Positions 8,330-16,812 of a DNA stretch of 40,256 nucleotides are shown here, in pieces. Position 1 is the first letter of the stretch. Each line of letters opens with the position of its first letter. The DNA comes from a virus, in the IMG/VR virus record IMGVR_UViG_3300028438_000001, one strand, 5' to 3'. A program made the position numbers and the translations under genes. A model generated the notes under the pieces. It did not search any database, was not told the DNA's origin, and worked only from the letters and a program-made list of their open reading frames with translations.

Positions 8330-8833
8330 TTACGTATCGCTATAACTGAGCTCCGCCATGGTAACCAACGCATCGCCGGTCATGGTGTCGCCCGCGTCAG
8401 CCGCCACACGGTACAGCTTGAGTACGACCCAATCGTTAGCGGCAATCGAATCGAGATTACTGATCGTAATGGCGCACTCGTGCAACCGCTGCCCGGTCGT
8501 TCCAATGTGCGAATCGGTCACGGTCTGCGCTGTCGAGAACGCCTTCGTCTCGATATCCTGGGTATCGGTGTTCGGCGTAATCGCGGCAATCGCCGCCCCA
8601 AAGACGACATCTCCGGAAGACGCGGTATCGGCGTACCAATTCAGGGTGAGTGTTAGGTTGCCGCTGCCGTAGCTCGCGGCCCGGAAGGTGAAAAATACTG
8701 ACTCCTCGGTACTGGCGTCGAACGCCAGGGACGGCACAGGGAAATTCGTTCCGTCCACAATCTTATGCTGAGCGCCGTTGCTGCTCGCCGGGATCGCCGC
8801 TCGCGGGTGTAGAGAAATTTTTACCGTTGCCAT
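8330..8833 (-). CDS. Hypothetical structural-module protein
   Basis: ORF track, 167 aa. Tight junctions with its neighbours. Confidence 0.65.
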   Translation of the reverse strand: MATVKISLHPRAAIPASSNGAQHKIVDGTNFPVPSLAFDASTEESVFFTFRAASYGSGNLTLTLNWYADTASSGDVVFGAAIAAITPNTDTQDIETKAFSTAQTVTDSHIGTTGQRLHECAITISNLDSIAANDWVVLKLYRVAADAGDTMTGDALVTMAELSYSDT

Positions 8834-8836
8834 GGC

Positions 8837-9076
8837 TTATACCTCGAACCGCTTGCGGACGATGAGCGAGGCGATGTGTTTTTTCTGCGCCGGGGTCATG
8901 GTTGCCGCCGCGCCTGTGAACGCCTGGTAAAAACCGGGCAACACCGATTCGATATAGGCATCGACCGCCTCGAACGCCGCGTAAAGCTCGGGCTTTGTAA
9001 TGCCTATGGTCTCGGCATTCTCGCGCTGGAACCGCTCGTATAGGTCGCGGAGAACGGGTTCGGTTAGGAGCGTCAT
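8837..9076 (-). CDS. Hypothetical protein (79 aa)
   Basis: ORF track 8837..9079 (GTG). ATG 9076 shares one nt with the upstream TGA. Confidence 0.6.
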   Translation of the reverse strand: MTLLTEPVLRDLYERFQRENAETIGITKPELYAAFEAVDAYIESVLPGFYQAFTGAAATMTPAQKKHIASLIVRKRFEV

Positions 9077-9477
9077 CACGCATTCCCCTCGGTAATCACA
9101 AACGAACTGATCTGTACCGGCTGGCCGGCCACAATCGCAGCGCCGAAATTAAGTTCCCCCGATCCTACGCCCGCCGTAACCTGTGCAACGTTATTGCCGT
9201 TCGAATCCGCGAGCCTCGCAAATGTCGGCGTGCCGTTCGCGTCTCCGGACGAATCCTCGGTTATGGCCGAGAACGTCAGAACACCGTTCGATACCGAACC
9301 GCCCGGATCAGAAAGCGTGAGCGTTGCTAGTAGCGTCTGATCGGTAATCGCCGTCCCGACGTTGGCCGGGACCGTGCCGCTATAAACCTTGACCGTTCCG
9401 GCCCCGGCTCCGGCGTCGATGGCGTTTAACACCTGCGTCATTCGGTTCGAGCGAACCGTTGTGGTGTAACTGGGCAT
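9076..9477 (-). CDS. Hypothetical structural-module protein
   Basis: ORF track, 133 aa, Gly/Thr/Ala-rich and beta-like. Confidence 0.6.
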   Translation of the reverse strand: MPSYTTTVRSNRMTQVLNAIDAGAGAGTVKVYSGTVPANVGTAITDQTLLATLTLSDPGGSVSNGVLTFSAITEDSSGDANGTPTFARLADSNGNNVAQVTAGVGSGELNFGAAIVAGQPVQISSFVITEGNA

Positions 9478-9486
9478 GGTTTCGAC

Positions 9487-9795
9487 CTATTTGTAGTAGC
9501 TCACATTGACCTTAGCCGATGCCGTGGTCTCGATCAGGCGAACCGCCGATAGATTGCCGATGTACCAAACATCCGAACCGGATGCGACGAGCATCCCCGT
9601 GTTGGCGTCCGGGTTTGTCCCGTCGTCTCGATATCGCACGTTTTGCGTTTCCGCCTGGATAAGCGCCAGCCGAGCCCCACTCGGCACGGTCAACGACTTG
9701 ACCGTGCTCAACCCCGTGATTTGCTCATACCCTAACGGCGTCAGATTACCGTCAACCACAGGGGTCGAAGCATGGTTAAAAAGCTGTGTTGTCAT
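9487..9795 (-). CDS. Hypothetical structural-module protein
   Basis: ORF track, 102 aa. The start overlaps the portal 3' end by 20 nt. Confidence 0.6.
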   Translation of the reverse strand: MTTQLFNHASTPVVDGNLTPLGYEQITGLSTVKSLTVPSGARLALIQAETQNVRYRDDGTNPDANTGMLVASGSDVWYIGNLSAVRLIETTASAKVNVSYYK

Positions 9796-11755
9796 CAGTA
9801 TTTCTCATTTCCGCCCGGTGTAAATCCCACATATTCCGCTGCGCCTCTTCGCGTAGCGCCGCCTGAGCCTGCACGCGCTCCAATTCGATTTTCAGCCGCT
9901 CGATTTCGGCGGTTAGTTCGATCTCGCGTTCTTTCGCATCCAGCTTCACGGCCTCTGTCGAACCCTGTATTTTTTGGAGCTCTTGCATGGCCGCCTGCAT
10001 TTGCTGCTGCATCTGCTGGATAACTTGCTCGTACTGCTGCTGCATCAACTGCATTTCCGGGTTGCCCGAGTCGTCGTCTTCCTGCAATTCCGGAGGTAGC
10101 GTCTTTTTGAGCCGCTTCGCCAGTTCGTCGGCTCCCGGCCAGTCCATGTTGCGCACCATGATGTCGCCGCCCAGCTTCAGGAGATCGGGCGCCGCGGAAA
10201 CTATGGCCGTCATCATTTCCGCCGCCTCGACCCGCTTGGTGTTGTAGGACGGGCCTACCGATACCGACACGTCGTATTTGCCTAGTTTTGGGTTGTAAAT
10301 CCTCGCGATATCGCCATTAAAGCCCTGCATCTCCATGTAGGATTGCGGCGCATTCGGGTCGATCATGGCGCTATTGGCGGTACCATCCTCGCCCAATACG
10401 CGCACGATGCGCTGCTGGTCGTAAATTTTCGGGATGAGATCAACGATAATGCGCCCGGCGTGCCGAATGGCACGGGACAGGTTATCGATATAGTGGTAGG
10501 TCGCGGTGTCGCTCTCTTTCTGCCGCGCCAGAATAGCCTTGCCGCTCTTTTCGTTCGACTGCTCGCCCAGGCTGGCGTTGTACATGCCCAACGCGCCCTG
10601 AATATCGTGCTCGGTGAGTTGCAAACCAGTCACGAACGCCGCGGGTATATCGGCCTGCGGGTTGCGCTGCGGAGCGCCGATCAGATTGCCGTTTACAGTC
10701 GTGGCCTTGTACCGCAAAACGGAGACATTGCGCTTGTTCGCGTCCCTCCACTCGGCCTCGAACGGAGCCACCTGATCGGCCTCGGCGATCCACGGGGCCA
10801 GCGGAGCCAAGGCCACGCGCTCGACGAACGCCGACGCCATGTAGTTGTACATGCGCATAGCGTCCGCCGCGCTATCGATCATGCCGGAATATCGCGGCTT
10901 GTCGTCGATCATGATTTCGTTGCCGAGCACCCGCAGTATCGGGATATACCGGCTCGGGAATACCGTCGATTCCAGCTCTTCCTGACCGTTGACCTTGCAC
11001 CATTTCACTTCCGGCACCTTGACGATCCGGATTAACGAGCGGTCCACGCCCTCGGTGCTCTTGATTTCCTGCACGACGCCATCAATGCGGGCCAACGTCT
11101 TTTTGCTGTAGGTCCGATAGTAGTACTCGGCCACGCGCACATGCTCTTTCGTCGCCCAGGATGCGCCCATGGACTCGAAGTCGAGCTTAGAAGCGTCCGG
11201 ATACAGCCTTTCAAACGTCCGAATCGGCATCAACTCGGAAATCAGGCACCGCTCCGCGTCGGATCCTTCCGGCTCCTCGGCGTCCGGGTCGAACCATACG
11301 GACAGCGGATCGCGAACGCGCCGGATAAAAATATCCTGGTCGAACCCCTCATCATCCATATAATCCGTCGCGATGCGGAAATATCCGACACCGCCCCGGA
11401 TGGCATACCCTAATGCCGTGATATAGGCGATATCCGCGCGGCTCTGATCCTCGATGTTGCGGATGAGCCCGTCCAGCATCTCGGCGGTTTTGACATCCGC
11501 GTTCGAATCGACCGGCCTTACCTTGATCGCCGGTTTGTTCTGACGCGCGTCGTTCTCGACCTGCCGCAAATACTGGCCCATCTTGTCCATCGTGAGGCAC
11601 GGGCGGCCATCCAACTCCCGCTGATTGCGTACGCGCTCGTCCCACTGTTCGCCCGCCGAGAACCGAATGTCGGCACGCGCGCGCCGCCGGTTTTCGGACT
11701 CGCGCTCGTCGGCGTATTCGAAAAACTCGCGGGCCTCTTTGACTATGTCATCCAT
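9776..11755 (-). CDS. Portal protein (P22-type)
   Basis: DIRFSAGEQWDERVRNQRELDGRPCLTMDKMGQYLRQVENDARQNKPAIKVRPVD is the classic portal motif. ATG 11755 (MDDIVKEAREF) is preferred over the upstream alternative start. Confidence 0.85.
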   Translation of the reverse strand: MDDIVKEAREFFEYADERESENRRRARADIRFSAGEQWDERVRNQRELDGRPCLTMDKMGQYLRQVENDARQNKPAIKVRPVDSNADVKTAEMLDGLIRNIEDQSRADIAYITALGYAIRGGVGYFRIATDYMDDEGFDQDIFIRRVRDPLSVWFDPDAEEPEGSDAERCLISELMPIRTFERLYPDASKLDFESMGASWATKEHVRVAEYYYRTYSKKTLARIDGVVQEIKSTEGVDRSLIRIVKVPEVKWCKVNGQEELESTVFPSRYIPILRVLGNEIMIDDKPRYSGMIDSAADAMRMYNYMASAFVERVALAPLAPWIAEADQVAPFEAEWRDANKRNVSVLRYKATTVNGNLIGAPQRNPQADIPAAFVTGLQLTEHDIQGALGMYNASLGEQSNEKSGKAILARQKESDTATYHYIDNLSRAIRHAGRIIVDLIPKIYDQQRIVRVLGEDGTANSAMIDPNAPQSYMEMQGFNGDIARIYNPKLGKYDVSVSVGPSYNTKRVEAAEMMTAIVSAAPDLLKLGGDIMVRNMDWPGADELAKRLKKTLPPELQEDDDSGNPEMQLMQQQYEQVIQQMQQQMQAAMQELQKIQGSTEAVKLDAKEREIELTAEIERLKIELERVQAQAALREEAQRNMWDLHRAEMRNTDDNTAF

Positions 11756-13134
11756 CCGGTCGGTCCAGTAATGCGCTGTCTGGGTTCGTACATGGGCTGG
11801 TACACACGTGGTATTCCCAATTCGGCGAACGTCAATAGCCAAGCGTCAGCCCGGTTCGGCGACGCCACGCCGCGCTTTTTCAATTCATCCTTGCCTTCGA
11901 CCTTGATCTTTCCGCTGCTTAATACCTGATACTTCGGCGTCACCAATTCACCAATCAATTCATCATCATCCGCCAACCGACAATCCTTTGCCTCCAACCA
12001 TTCACGGCCCAAAAACCACAGCTCATCACGCAATCGATGATACCGCTCGCTGGCGGATGCCGATTCCGAGACGTTCACGCCTTTCACCGGCAATCCCAAT
12101 TCTTTCAACCGATCCACCACGCCCGATCCAATCCCAATCACGTCCACGTTGATGACGCTCGGCTTTTCCGTCGCGCTGTCGTATTCCAGCTTGACTAACC
12201 CCGCCGTCTGCATGGTGTCCTTGCCGTACCATTCGCGGCAGGGCTCAACCTGCACGTTGCCCTTGCGCTTGGCCAGTGCCGTTGAGTCGTCGCCGAATCG
12301 AGCCACGTCCAGGCCCCAGATTACCGGAGCTGAGCTGATCGGCTGCACCTCGCGGACTCTCGCCGCCTCGCAGAGCGATAGCGGGATAACGCTATCGGTA
12401 GCCGTCGCGAAATTACCTTTGACGCGAACTTGGTAGATGGGCGAATCGACGCCGTATTTCGCCCGCATATCGTCCACGTACTGGCGCGATACCATGGGCG
12501 ACTCTTCGCCGTCCCAATGCAGCGCCGCCCAACGATCCCGCATTTTGTGGTGCGAGTCGTAGAAATAGCCGTCCTCGCGCGTCGGGTTAGCGGCCATAAC
12601 GACGAACGCGCCGTCCGTCGATAGCGCACCCTCGGCCACCTGGAACACGTTCTCGGCAACACCGGACGCTTCATCGATCAGGAACAGGATATTTTCGGAG
12701 TGAAACCCCTGTAGCGCTTCCGGGCGTTCCGGACGCGCCGTCCGAGCCACGGCAAACGACTCATTGGGATTGCTCTTGAGGTAAAACTTTTCCTTGGTCC
12801 ACTCGAACTCGTTAGCGAGCGGCGGCACGCGCTCACGCATGGCCGCGTGCCACTTGGCGATTTCCGCCCACAGAATGTCTTCGAGCTGGTGACTCGTCGG
12901 CGCTGTGGACGGCACCTTGCACGGGTAGTAGCAGCTCATGAACCACAGCACGCACCAGGCCATGAACGCGGATTTGCCCGTACCATGACCCGAGCGGATC
13001 GACACGCGACGGCGCTCGACTATCGCCCGGCTTGCCTCCCATTGCTGCTCTGTCGGACTAGCCCCCAAAACCTCGGACGCAAACAGGGCCGGTCCGCCAG
13101 CACGCCAGCGGATGATCGTTTGTTCCGGATTCAT
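11743..13134 (-). CDS. terL: Terminase large subunit
   Basis: 463 aa. Walker A-like SGHGTGKS, Walker B-like LFLIDEASGV, and a nuclease-like C-terminal half. Confidence 0.85.
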   Translation of the reverse strand: MNPEQTIIRWRAGGPALFASEVLGASPTEQQWEASRAIVERRRVSIRSGHGTGKSAFMAWCVLWFMSCYYPCKVPSTAPTSHQLEDILWAEIAKWHAAMRERVPPLANEFEWTKEKFYLKSNPNESFAVARTARPERPEALQGFHSENILFLIDEASGVAENVFQVAEGALSTDGAFVVMAANPTREDGYFYDSHHKMRDRWAALHWDGEESPMVSRQYVDDMRAKYGVDSPIYQVRVKGNFATATDSVIPLSLCEAARVREVQPISSAPVIWGLDVARFGDDSTALAKRKGNVQVEPCREWYGKDTMQTAGLVKLEYDSATEKPSVINVDVIGIGSGVVDRLKELGLPVKGVNVSESASASERYHRLRDELWFLGREWLEAKDCRLADDDELIGELVTPKYQVLSSGKIKVEGKDELKKRGVASPNRADAWLLTFAELGIPRVYQPMYEPRQRITGPTGWMT

Positions 13135-13148
13135 AAGATTTTCTTATG
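13132..13148. repeat. Palindrome CATAAG-attt-t-CTTATG spanning the terL start codon
   Basis: Read directly. Similar to the palindrome at 13216-13233. Confidence 0.5.
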
Positions 13149-13215
13149 GATCAATCGCCGGTTTTGCCGACAACCCGGTATTAACCCGGCGTTTTTGACC
13201 ATTTTTTATACAATG

Positions 13216-13233
13216 CATAAGTTTTTACTTATG
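13216..13233. repeat. Palindrome CATAAGT-tttt-ACTTATG spanning the terS stop codon
   Basis: Read directly. Confidence 0.5.
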
Positions 13234-13617
13234 ATTGCCGCCGAGTTTCGCGAGAATCGAGGCGAGACCCTCGCCGACATCGTGCGTGAGTTCCGTTTTC
13301 TCGCCGTACGCTTTCGGTTTGAGCTTGCTGGCGATCCATTTGCGGGCGTCAATCCTCACGCGCCGATCCTGTGGATCCAGCTCGCGATTGTCAGCAATAT
13401 CAATGATTTCGTCGGCCAGCGCGTCGGCTCCAGCCTGCCGTGCTTGCGCGTATTGCTGTGCAAACTCCGGATACCGCGCGAGCCACTGCATGACTGTTTT
13501 TAGGCCCGGCATATCGTGCTGCGCGCAGATCGAGCGTAGGGATCGGCCTATCGCTATCTGCTCGCAAATCGCGTCTACCACCGCCTGTGTGTATGTGCTA
13601 GGCCTACCTCCAGCCAT
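13225..13617 (-). CDS. terS: Terminase small subunit
   Basis: 130 aa. The GGRPSTYT...ICEQIAIGRSLRSIC...W...YAQAR...ADEIIDIAD...RVRIDARKW..SKL.PK.YGEK pattern is typical of HTH-type small terminases. Lies directly upstream of terL. Confidence 0.75.
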   Translation of the reverse strand: MAGGRPSTYTQAVVDAICEQIAIGRSLRSICAQHDMPGLKTVMQWLARYPEFAQQYAQARQAGADALADEIIDIADNRELDPQDRRVRIDARKWIASKLKPKAYGEKTELTHDVGEGLASILAKLGGNHK

Positions 13618-13701
13618 TTTTGTGCACCCTCACTATCGCCCTAATCCACCATACCCACCGCGGCCAATCGACACCGAGCGTGCGCGGCAGGCATTTCAGT
13701 C

Positions 13702-13977
13702 TCATTGCCTGATCTCCGGATAGCCGGATCGCGGCACGTACAAATCCTGCCGGAGTTGCCGTAGATCGTCCCGCATTTGCGCCTGCTGATCGCGTAAATG
13801 ATCGATATCCGATTTGAGCGCGCTATATGTGCCGCCGCCAGTCAGCGCGGCAATCAGCAATGCCTCGACGATTCGAGCGGTATTGATTTGAGCGCCCCCG
13901 GCTGCCGCGATCAGGAATGGAAATTTGGCGCTGGCGATTTTGAGGGCCAGCAATTTTTCGCCGATGCAGCTCATCAT
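13702..13977 (-). CDS. Membrane-associated protein with C-terminal coiled coil (holin/antiholin or lysis regulator?)
   Basis: ATG 13977 in a TAATG junction. Hydrophobic FPFLIAAAGG / ALLIAALTGGG segments, then DIDHLRDQQAQMRDDLRQLRQDL. Confidence 0.4.
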   Translation of the reverse strand: MMSCIGEKLLALKIASAKFPFLIAAAGGAQINTARIVEALLIAALTGGGTYSALKSDIDHLRDQQAQMRDDLRQLRQDLYVPRSGYPEIRQ

Positions 13978-14240
13978 TATTCCCGGTTCAGCGTCGAATC
14001 GATGACGTAGCCGGTGCAAAATGCACCCCATGCCGCGCCCCATGTAAGCTCAGGCTGGCCCGCAGCCATGAACGCGAACCACGAGGTAAAAAATGCAAAA
14101 AACGACCGCGCCGTCGCTTTCGGCTGGCAGTGGAACAAATAGCAAACGAGATCGTTCGGCGTCTGGCCAGCGAGATAGCGTTTGAGCCAATGCCCGACCC
14201 ACCCGGCCAGGCCGATAAAAAAAAGAGCTGCTGCGGTCAT
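13977..14240 (-). CDS. Putative holin (three predicted TM segments)
   Basis: 87 aa with three hydrophobic stretches. ATGA overlap with the Rz stop. Sits in the lysis cassette. Confidence 0.5.
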   Translation of the reverse strand: MTAAALFFIGLAGWVGHWLKRYLAGQTPNDLVCYLFHCQPKATARSFFAFFTSWFAFMAAGQPELTWGAAWGAFCTGYVIDSTLNRE

Positions 14241-14752
14241 TTATTGATTTCCCGATGGATTTTTATCGCCCATTCGCGCCCGGCTGCGGCTTGCTCTCGG
14301 ACTCTGTCGGCGTCGGCTGCCAACTCCGTAAGAAATCGCGCACACGCTCTTGAAAACTCGGCTGGATCGGCTTCATCAGCGCTTGCGGAGGCTCCGGCAC
14401 TGTCGGGCACGGCGTCTGCACGGCTTGGACAGTTGGCTGGTTCGCGCAGCCGGAGAGAGCTAGCGAGCCGGCGATTATCATCGCGCAGACGATCGATTTC
14501 GGTTTGTCGTTGAGCATCATCTGTATCGATTTGATAGCGGGCATCGGCTAGCCGCGATTCGAGTGCCGCTTTTTCCTGTACAGCCTCAGTCAATGCCCGA
14601 TCCGCCGCATGCCGAGCCACTGCAACGGCAATCTCACATTCGAGGCCACGGTAGTAATCTCCGTAGTACCACCCAGCCCAGGCCGCGCCCAGGATAGCCA
14701 GCAGCACGGCGAGCGCTTTTGCGGCCAATCCGTACGGATTCAGTTCGAGCAT
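14237..14752 (-). CDS. Rz: i-spanin (Rz-like)
   Basis: N-terminal TM segment (LAAKALAVLLAILGAAWAGW) followed by a charged coiled coil. Contains an embedded lipoprotein ORF in another frame. Confidence 0.75.
   Translation of the reverse strand: MLELNPYGLAAKALAVLLAILGAAWAGWYYGDYYRGLECEIAVAVARHAADRALTEAVQEKAALESRLADARYQIDTDDAQRQTEIDRLRDDNRRLASSLRLREPANCPSRADAVPDSAGASASADEADPAEFSRACARFLTELAADADRVREQAAAGREWAIKIHREINK
14263..14520 (-). CDS. Rz1: o-spanin (Rz1-like lipoprotein) embedded in Rz
   Basis: MMLNDKPKSIVCAMIIAGSLALSGC has the lipobox LSGC. The mature part is Pro-rich. The ORF lies entirely inside 14237..14752 in a different frame. Confidence 0.75.
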   Translation of the reverse strand: MMLNDKPKSIVCAMIIAGSLALSGCANQPTVQAVQTPCPTVPEPPQALMKPIQPSFQERVRDFLRSWQPTPTESESKPQPGANGR

Positions 14753-14758
14753 AAAAAC

Positions 14759-14842
14759 ACAGGTTGATATAACAAAATGTTATTTGCACCACATGCGCAT
14801 GTGGACTAATCTATACCCAACGCTGAGGGGTTGGCCCGAGGC
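14759..14842 (+). promoter_or_regulatory. 84-bp promoter/operator unit, copy 1 (TTGCAC-N17-TAATCT with two palindromes)
   Basis: -35 at 14784-14789 and -10 at 14807-14812. A 16-bp perfect palindrome CCACATGCGCATGTGG (14789-14804) sits in the spacer, and ATAACA-aaa-TGTTAT lies at 14769-14783. Repeated at 15572-15655 with 2 mismatches. Confidence 0.6.
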
Positions 14843-14861
14843 GATAGATTAGGAGGATGCC

Positions 14862-15539
14862 ATGACCTCAATGATTAATCTCCGCGAACGCGGATCAGAT
14901 AAGGACACGTCCTGGATGGACGTGGATGTGTCGAGCCGTGGCGTATGGCTGCGCCCGGCGTCCTGGGTATCGGAGACATCCGGTATCGAATACCGGGTGT
15001 TCGCCTGGGCCGGCACGGAGGAGGGATTGGAAATCCCGCCCGCCGCAGACCCTGCGCGCGGTTGGGCTGGACCCGCAGTATTCCTGCCGATCAGCGAGGT
15101 ATATGACTACCTCGCGGCAAATGGCCATGACGGCCCCGTGTCGGATATGGTGTCCGATATCACATATGCCGCCCGTAAGGCGGAGCGGACCTCTCCATGG
15201 GCTACCATCAACAAACCAAAGCTACTAAAGCTACTAAATGCTTTTTCGGCCAACATGCTGGCCGAGTTCCCGTCCTCCGTGACTTTCACGGAGATTTTGG
15301 TGCACGAGGCAGCTAATCTCGCACGTAATGCGGAATCGGCGGTCGGACACGCCGACACAGCCGCCGTGTTTGCGGCAGTGCTTGGCGTGCCGGTCGAGTG
15401 TCGGCGCGTGAGCGTCGAGCTTCACCCCGGTGACTCGGCAGTCATCGGGCAGTATCGCGGTCCACGGTTGCCAGAAGGGGCAACCACTCTGCCCGAGGGC
15501 GCGGAGATTAAATGGCTGCTGTGCAAGATAGCTGCATAA
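14862..15539 (+). CDS. Hypothetical protein; the C-terminal about 75 aa resemble the DUF1874 / STIV B116-like DNA-binding fold
   Basis: ORF track, 225 aa, with AGGAGG RBS. The C-terminus is HADTAAVFAAVLGVPVECRRVSVELHPGDSAVIGQYRGPRLPEGATTLPEGAEIKW (family recalled by eye). Confidence 0.6.
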   Translation: MTSMINLRERGSDKDTSWMDVDVSSRGVWLRPASWVSETSGIEYRVFAWAGTEEGLEIPPAADPARGWAGPAVFLPISEVYDYLAANGHDGPVSDMVSDITYAARKAERTSPWATINKPKLLKLLNAFSANMLAEFPSSVTFTEILVHEAANLARNAESAVGHADTAAVFAAVLGVPVECRRVSVELHPGDSAVIGQYRGPRLPEGATTLPEGAEIKWLLCKIAA

Positions 15540-15571
15540 TGCACACGCCGCCTATAGCGCCGCCCGCCGGG

Positions 15572-15655
15572 ACAGTTTGATATAACAAAATGTTATTTGC
15601 ACTACATGCGCATGTGGACTAATCTATACCCAACGCTGAGGGGTTGGCCCGAGGC
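15572..15655 (+). promoter_or_regulatory. 84-bp promoter/operator unit, copy 2
   Basis: Identical to 14759-14842 except 2 nt. -35 at 15597-15602 and -10 at 15620-15625. Confidence 0.6.
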
Positions 15656-15701
15656 CCGGCGCAACGGCGGTTCCGTTGCAGGCAACCTAGGAGAAAAAAA
15701 A

Positions 15702-15863
15702 ATGAAAAGTCACATGACTTGGAAAGTAAGGGCCAAGGACTTGGCCTGGTTCGGTATCTCCATGGACAGGAGGAAAGCCACCAAGTACGCCCGCAAGGCG
15801 TACAAAACAGGCCGCCAAGTAGGCCCGTTCTACTGGACGGACCTTGGCCTTGAGGCTGGTTAA
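15702..15863 (+). CDS. Small basic hypothetical protein (53 aa)
   Basis: ATG 15702 follows aGGAGa plus an A-run. The upstream part of ORF 15597..15863 is the promoter repeat. Confidence 0.55.
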   Translation: MKSHMTWKVRAKDLAWFGISMDRRKATKYARKAYKTGRQVGPFYWTDLGLEAG

Positions 15864-16091
15864 ATGGCCATCCGCCGCCTCTTCCTCGTGCGCCGCACCC
15901 CCTCACATACGGTTGTAGCGCACACGGTGATCCGCGAGACTCAGGAGGGACAACGGATGTTCCTCCTCCGGATCACGCCGGACTCAGGTCCGATGCCGGA
16001 CGTATCGAACCTGATTGGTAAACCCTACGCCGCCCGCCGGGATTTGTGGGCTGATATCAAGGCAAGGATGCTCGAACTCAGTTTAATCTAG
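15864..16091 (+). CDS. Hypothetical protein (75 aa)
   Basis: ORF track. The ATG directly follows the upstream TAA. Confidence 0.5.
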   Translation: MAIRRLFLVRRTPSHTVVAHTVIRETQEGQRMFLLRITPDSGPMPDVSNLIGKPYAARRDLWADIKARMLELSLI

Positions 16092-16127
16092 CCTCTAGCT
16101 ACCGAGGCGAACCAAGGGGAGACGAAA

Positions 16128-16385
16128 ATGAACGCAAATGTAATCGAAACTTTATGGATCGACGGGCAGAAGAAGGACGGCTCTAACGCCGGACCTATCC
16201 CGCTTGAGCTTCGCCTGGACGGCGAACGGTTCCGGTGGTACTGCCAAGACTACAACCAGGACGGCATCCCTGGAGGGGATTGCGTATTGGATACGGAAAT
16301 CAGCGGCAGCACCGAAGACGAGGCCATGGAGGCCGCTTGGCAATCATGGGGCAGTTCGGCTTGGAACCTGCGCACCGCCCCGTAA
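16128..16385 (+). CDS. Hypothetical acidic protein (85 aa)
   Basis: ORF track. GGGGAG RBS. Confidence 0.6.
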   Translation: MNANVIETLWIDGQKKDGSNAGPIPLELRLDGERFRWYCQDYNQDGIPGGDCVLDTEISGSTEDEAMEAAWQSWGSSAWNLRTAP

Positions 16386-16431
16386 CTCATCCACCCACCG
16401 CCCACGGACGGGCATAACAGGAGATAAGACG

Positions 16432-16809
16432 ATGAAAACAAAAGTTAAAAACCTGAAAAACGGCCGCATTGTTGTAGAAACCCGCGCCGTAGGAGATGAG
16501 ATCGAATATATCGATCCGGACGATGGCGAATTTGCAAAATGTGGCGCCATTGGGACGTTTTTCACTGTCGAAACAACGCTCCCGCGAAATCACGGTACTC
16601 GTTACAGCGCCGGCCTATGCGACCATCCGGACGGAGTTGCCGGAAACATGAACAAATCTATCCGGTGTCATCACGGATGGAGGGGAACCACCGGTAATAG
16701 AGCCGTCTACGCGCACGGACGACGGCAGGTTATAGAATCCCGACCATTGAGCCGGGGTGTTGGCTGGCGCACGGTATTGAGCGCTGACCTGTCCCCGAAC
16801 GAGGAGTGA
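16432..16809 (+). CDS. Hypothetical protein (125 aa)
   Basis: ATG 16432 after CAGGAGA. Preceded by a conserved 31-nt motif that is shared with the gene at 17366. Confidence 0.6.
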   Translation: MKTKVKNLKNGRIVVETRAVGDEIEYIDPDDGEFAKCGAIGTFFTVETTLPRNHGTRYSAGLCDHPDGVAGNMNKSIRCHHGWRGTTGNRAVYAHGRRQVIESRPLSRGVGWRTVLSADLSPNEE

Positions 16810-16812
16810 GGC

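Noticed and set aside
14806-14850. 9-bp stem CTAATCTAT...ATAGATTAG occluding the RBS of 14862 as an RNA switch
   Set aside because: The 5' arm overlaps the predicted -10 (14807-14812). It would therefore lie upstream of the transcript start, and it is absent from copy 2.
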